Source: Tubulanus polymorphus
Lineage: Eukaryota > Animalia > Nemertea
Assembly (NCBI RefSeq): GCF_964204645.1
Contig: NC_134033.1
Span: 6,658,231-6,722,230 of the forward strand
Reading direction: 5' to 3'
Length of the DNA stretch: 64,000 nucleotides
The notes beneath the pieces are model-generated. The model did no database searches, was not told the origin of the DNA, and saw nothing but the letters and a program-made list of their open reading frames with translations. A program made the translations under genes and the position numbers. Positions 60,936 through 64,000 of this stretch are shown piece after piece (within the stretch, counting starts at the first letter, position 1; each line of letters starts with the position of its first letter).

Positions 60936-63732
60936 CTGCTGTCTGTGTTAACACACGATTGTACTATGTAAATGACATTGAGTGTATATTGATAAATATA
61001 ACCCACAGATTACATCATTTATAAAAAGCAAATCTGACAGGCTGGCCATTGTTAGTACTTAGCCAGTTCAATTGTCAGTAGGATCAATTATAGGCCTACA
61101 GGAAAATGAAATGGAATTAGCCAGGAGTTTGACTTGCATCCACATGGCTAATTAAGTTAATTAGTTGTCTTTATAACACCTCACTGTTGAAAAAGGTCTC
61201 TCATTCAGATGAGTACAAGAAAGTGTTCATTCATTGAGATGAACAAGTATTTTATGCAAATTCAATGGGCTGAATGCAAGAGATTAGGGACCTCTTAGAT
61301 TATTTGTTCCAAGGAATAAATATAGTTAATGGTTTCTGTCCTGTAAAAATCATCAATTACTAAATGGTATGAAAACAGGGGTAGTTGAATAGTTCTAAAA
61401 AGCAGTCAGCACTGTCCTGCCTTGAAATGAAGCTGCTTCAAGATGCCGGGCAGATGCAAATTCAATGAGTCATTTAAACGATGGATTGTTAAAACTGACA
61501 GTGTTCATGAAGCGAGATACACTTTGCAAAACAACCCTCAATATTGCCAGTTCTGGGGTGAAGACTGACGGTGAAAATGCTTTCTTAAAGCCCGCCGCAC
61601 ACTGGGCGGTTTAAGTCGCCAATAGAAAGATTTTAAATCGTCAATCTCTTTTTCAATCAATTTATATGACATCGCCGTCAGACGTCAGTGACTGCACATT
61701 AGGTCGCACGTAACAACGATTCTGAGCGAAGATTTAAGCTTGCCTGCCTACAGCAATTAGTACTATCATGAAATTATTAAAAACCATGTCAGTCAATATA
61801 TTTTATTTCGTCTGTAACCGACACTGACCTCAAATTTGCATAGACTTGGGAGCTTCGGTCCTAATTGAGCCGTATGATAATGAAAAACCTCCGATGAAAC
61901 CCAGGCTCTCACTTTGCCGGGTCACTCATAGTTTTAGTTGTTTTATATGTCATTCTAGGAATGTACTAGAGTTATGAATATTGATTTGTTGAGACAAAAA
62001 TTCCCAAAATCCATTTTTCGAAGATTTCATTCTCGTTAAAAAGTCATTTATCGCTGACCAAAATTAAGTCCTTTTTCATATATTTATTACCTTCAGTAGT
62101 CATGAAGGTTATTAGATGGTAGTGAGTCGATGACGTCATTTTCGTGTCGCCACTTACAACTTGTTGGTTTGAGTTCAGAGGAAGATTTGTCAAACGAATA
62201 AATACTTTAATCTAATTAATGCAGAGTGTGAAATTTCGCTTTTAGTAAATATTTCCCTAAATTATTAGCAAATGCCGATAGTAAGACCGTGGAAAAGTTT
62301 TTATCGTTGAATGGGCGAATTACAGCGGCAGAGTGCACCTACAATAAGGCGGAAATAGTTCCATGTGAAGACAAAGCTTTCAAATGATTAGACAGTCGGA
62401 GGTGGTTTATCAACTTTTTTCAACTATAATGCTGTTATTTTCCCAATCAAATTGCTAGATTTCGATAGTTTCTCATAAGTCAACACTTCTAATTCAATGT
62501 GATTTTGATGTGTGTAGAGATACATCGTGACTAGCGTATTGAATGGCGGCGCCATGTTTAAGCTGTGCGTCGATCGTTGAATAGTGGAATTATAGGTTAT
62601 ATAGGTTATAATTATCTTCATAAGTTTATTAAGGGTTAGTGTCAACAAATGGTCCATTACAGTCCCTCAAATTTATATGGAGAGATGCTCTTAACCGGCA
62701 AACCGTGGTCTGTTTCGTGTTATCGTTGGTCTACGTGACTGACCTTGCTCGAGCGTTCGCTGCCGGCGCGCTGCTTCAAAGTTATGAATAAAGTGGTATA
62801 TAACTGATTGTTAATGACATACTACAAATAAACCTTTAAAGAAAGGTACCTAGTGTCTGACATTCTACTGAAAAATTCCGGCTTGATTCACCGCACAGTT
62901 TTTTCATAGTGAGCATTTTAGTATATGAATCAATTAAAATGATTGACAGACGCGGGTGCGGTTTTATCAGCTGTTGAAGACATTCGATGTAAACAATAAT
63001 TTTAACCATGTGCGCGATGAAAACAGGGACATCAAACTAAGAATCCCTGAATTTTTTAATTACATGTGATTTGAATAGGCATCTGTGCTGGTTTTTCAAA
63101 AATTTGAATCTTAATTGACTCCTATTGCATAAGCCTAAGCAGTCAGGAACACTTTCCAAAAGCGGCTTATTCTGCCAATTTCGGCGTTTTCCACCAATAA
63201 CGGCAGAATCGGCCATTTATGGATCACTCAGTTTTGAAACTTTCACAGTCGTTTATGGCTTAATCAGCCAGTTTCAGCTGACTAAGTTTCGAGTTTCGCT
63301 TTAAAGTTTTCCCCGCACTTCCGGTTCAGTTTGCACAGGTTGCCGATGACGTCATAATCTCGAGCAGACAATAGGCTTTCATATGATGCTAGGATGGAAA
63401 TTTTTGAGCCAGGTAAAATTGTCAAATTTACATATTTCTAAATAATTACGTCATATGAAGCCCAAAAACTCCGGGAAAATTCTCAAAACTACTACCACAT
63501 GTAACAAGTTTATTAATCATGATTTTTGTTAAAAATAAATGTGGGAACTAGTTTCAACAAGAAAATTAATTTTGATGAATTATTTGACACCTGTGAAAAA
63601 AATGTAGAATTTTTGGGATAAGCTAATGTGGAATTGCAAATTTGAAATCGAAGTTTAAAGAAATTTGAGGAATTATGAGATCTGGCGATTTGGTAGGTGA
63701 TACAGGTCTTCGACTCTATAGTACTGGTTTAA

Positions 63733-64000
63733 GTTTTTGGTTTACCTTTGTCAGTGATATGAAGTTGGCATTGAGCCAATTCATGTAAAATCGCGGTATG
63801 TTTTTTTATGTGAGCATTTGTTTCATTGGTTCTCGGCTTAAACGATGTATAATCGATGCGATTGAAGACATGGCGAACCTCTGTCAATGACATGGTCAAC
63901 ATTGTTAAAATTCTACGAAAAACGGTTTTTGGCGGGAAAATTCTTAGCTCTTGCGTATAGAATTGCAATGACCTCGATTGGATCGTTGTCTGTATGAGCG
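63733..64000 (+). mobile_element. HINE-like family 3, 5' end running out of the window
   Basis: Matches 48726-48809 joined to 50665-50845. Confidence 0.8.

Noticed and set aside
57617-64000. Further SAP130 exons
   Set aside because: No phase-1 exon with suitable composition was identified; the region is mostly repeats, so the gene probably continues beyond the window.

Overview
Eukaryotic (animal, probably marine invertebrate) genomic DNA, AT-rich and dominated by nested mobile elements. Host genes: five phase-compatible + strand coding exons (53441-57616) of a SAP130 (Sin3A-associated protein 130) homologue, which continues beyond the exons I can find, plus a probable 5' UTR exon near 46.7 kb. 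There is also an orphan, frameshifted first exon of a BHMT-like homocysteine methyltransferase (3095-3250). The most unusual part is a very AT-rich, decayed Polinton/Maverick-like (adintovirus-like) endogenous element at about 25150-44577. It is two related segments pointing at each other across a perfect 73-bp inverted repeat centred on a (TA)n run (30698-30976). It encodes a protein-primed PolB remnant, an rve integrase with chromodomain, an A32-like packaging ATPase, a giant-virus/phage-type HNH nuclease, zinc-finger genes and two unknown genes. No capsid or protease gene was recognisable. Four of its genes start with ATAAATG, which matches the poxvirus late-promoter core. It has been hit by a CR1/L2-group LINE, a Mutator-like MITE and a 6.9-kb stack of Helentron-like elements that splits one viral ORF. 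Elsewhere there are a deleted Gypsy LTR element (tRNA-Lys PBS), a CACTA/EnSpm derivative with spliced gene remnants, Harbinger- and hAT-like MITEs, a tRNA-derived SINE, and at least four Helentron/HINE-like families, several with matching empty sites inside the window. All calls were made by eye, without database searches. Repeat boundaries are approximate unless a TSD or empty site is given.
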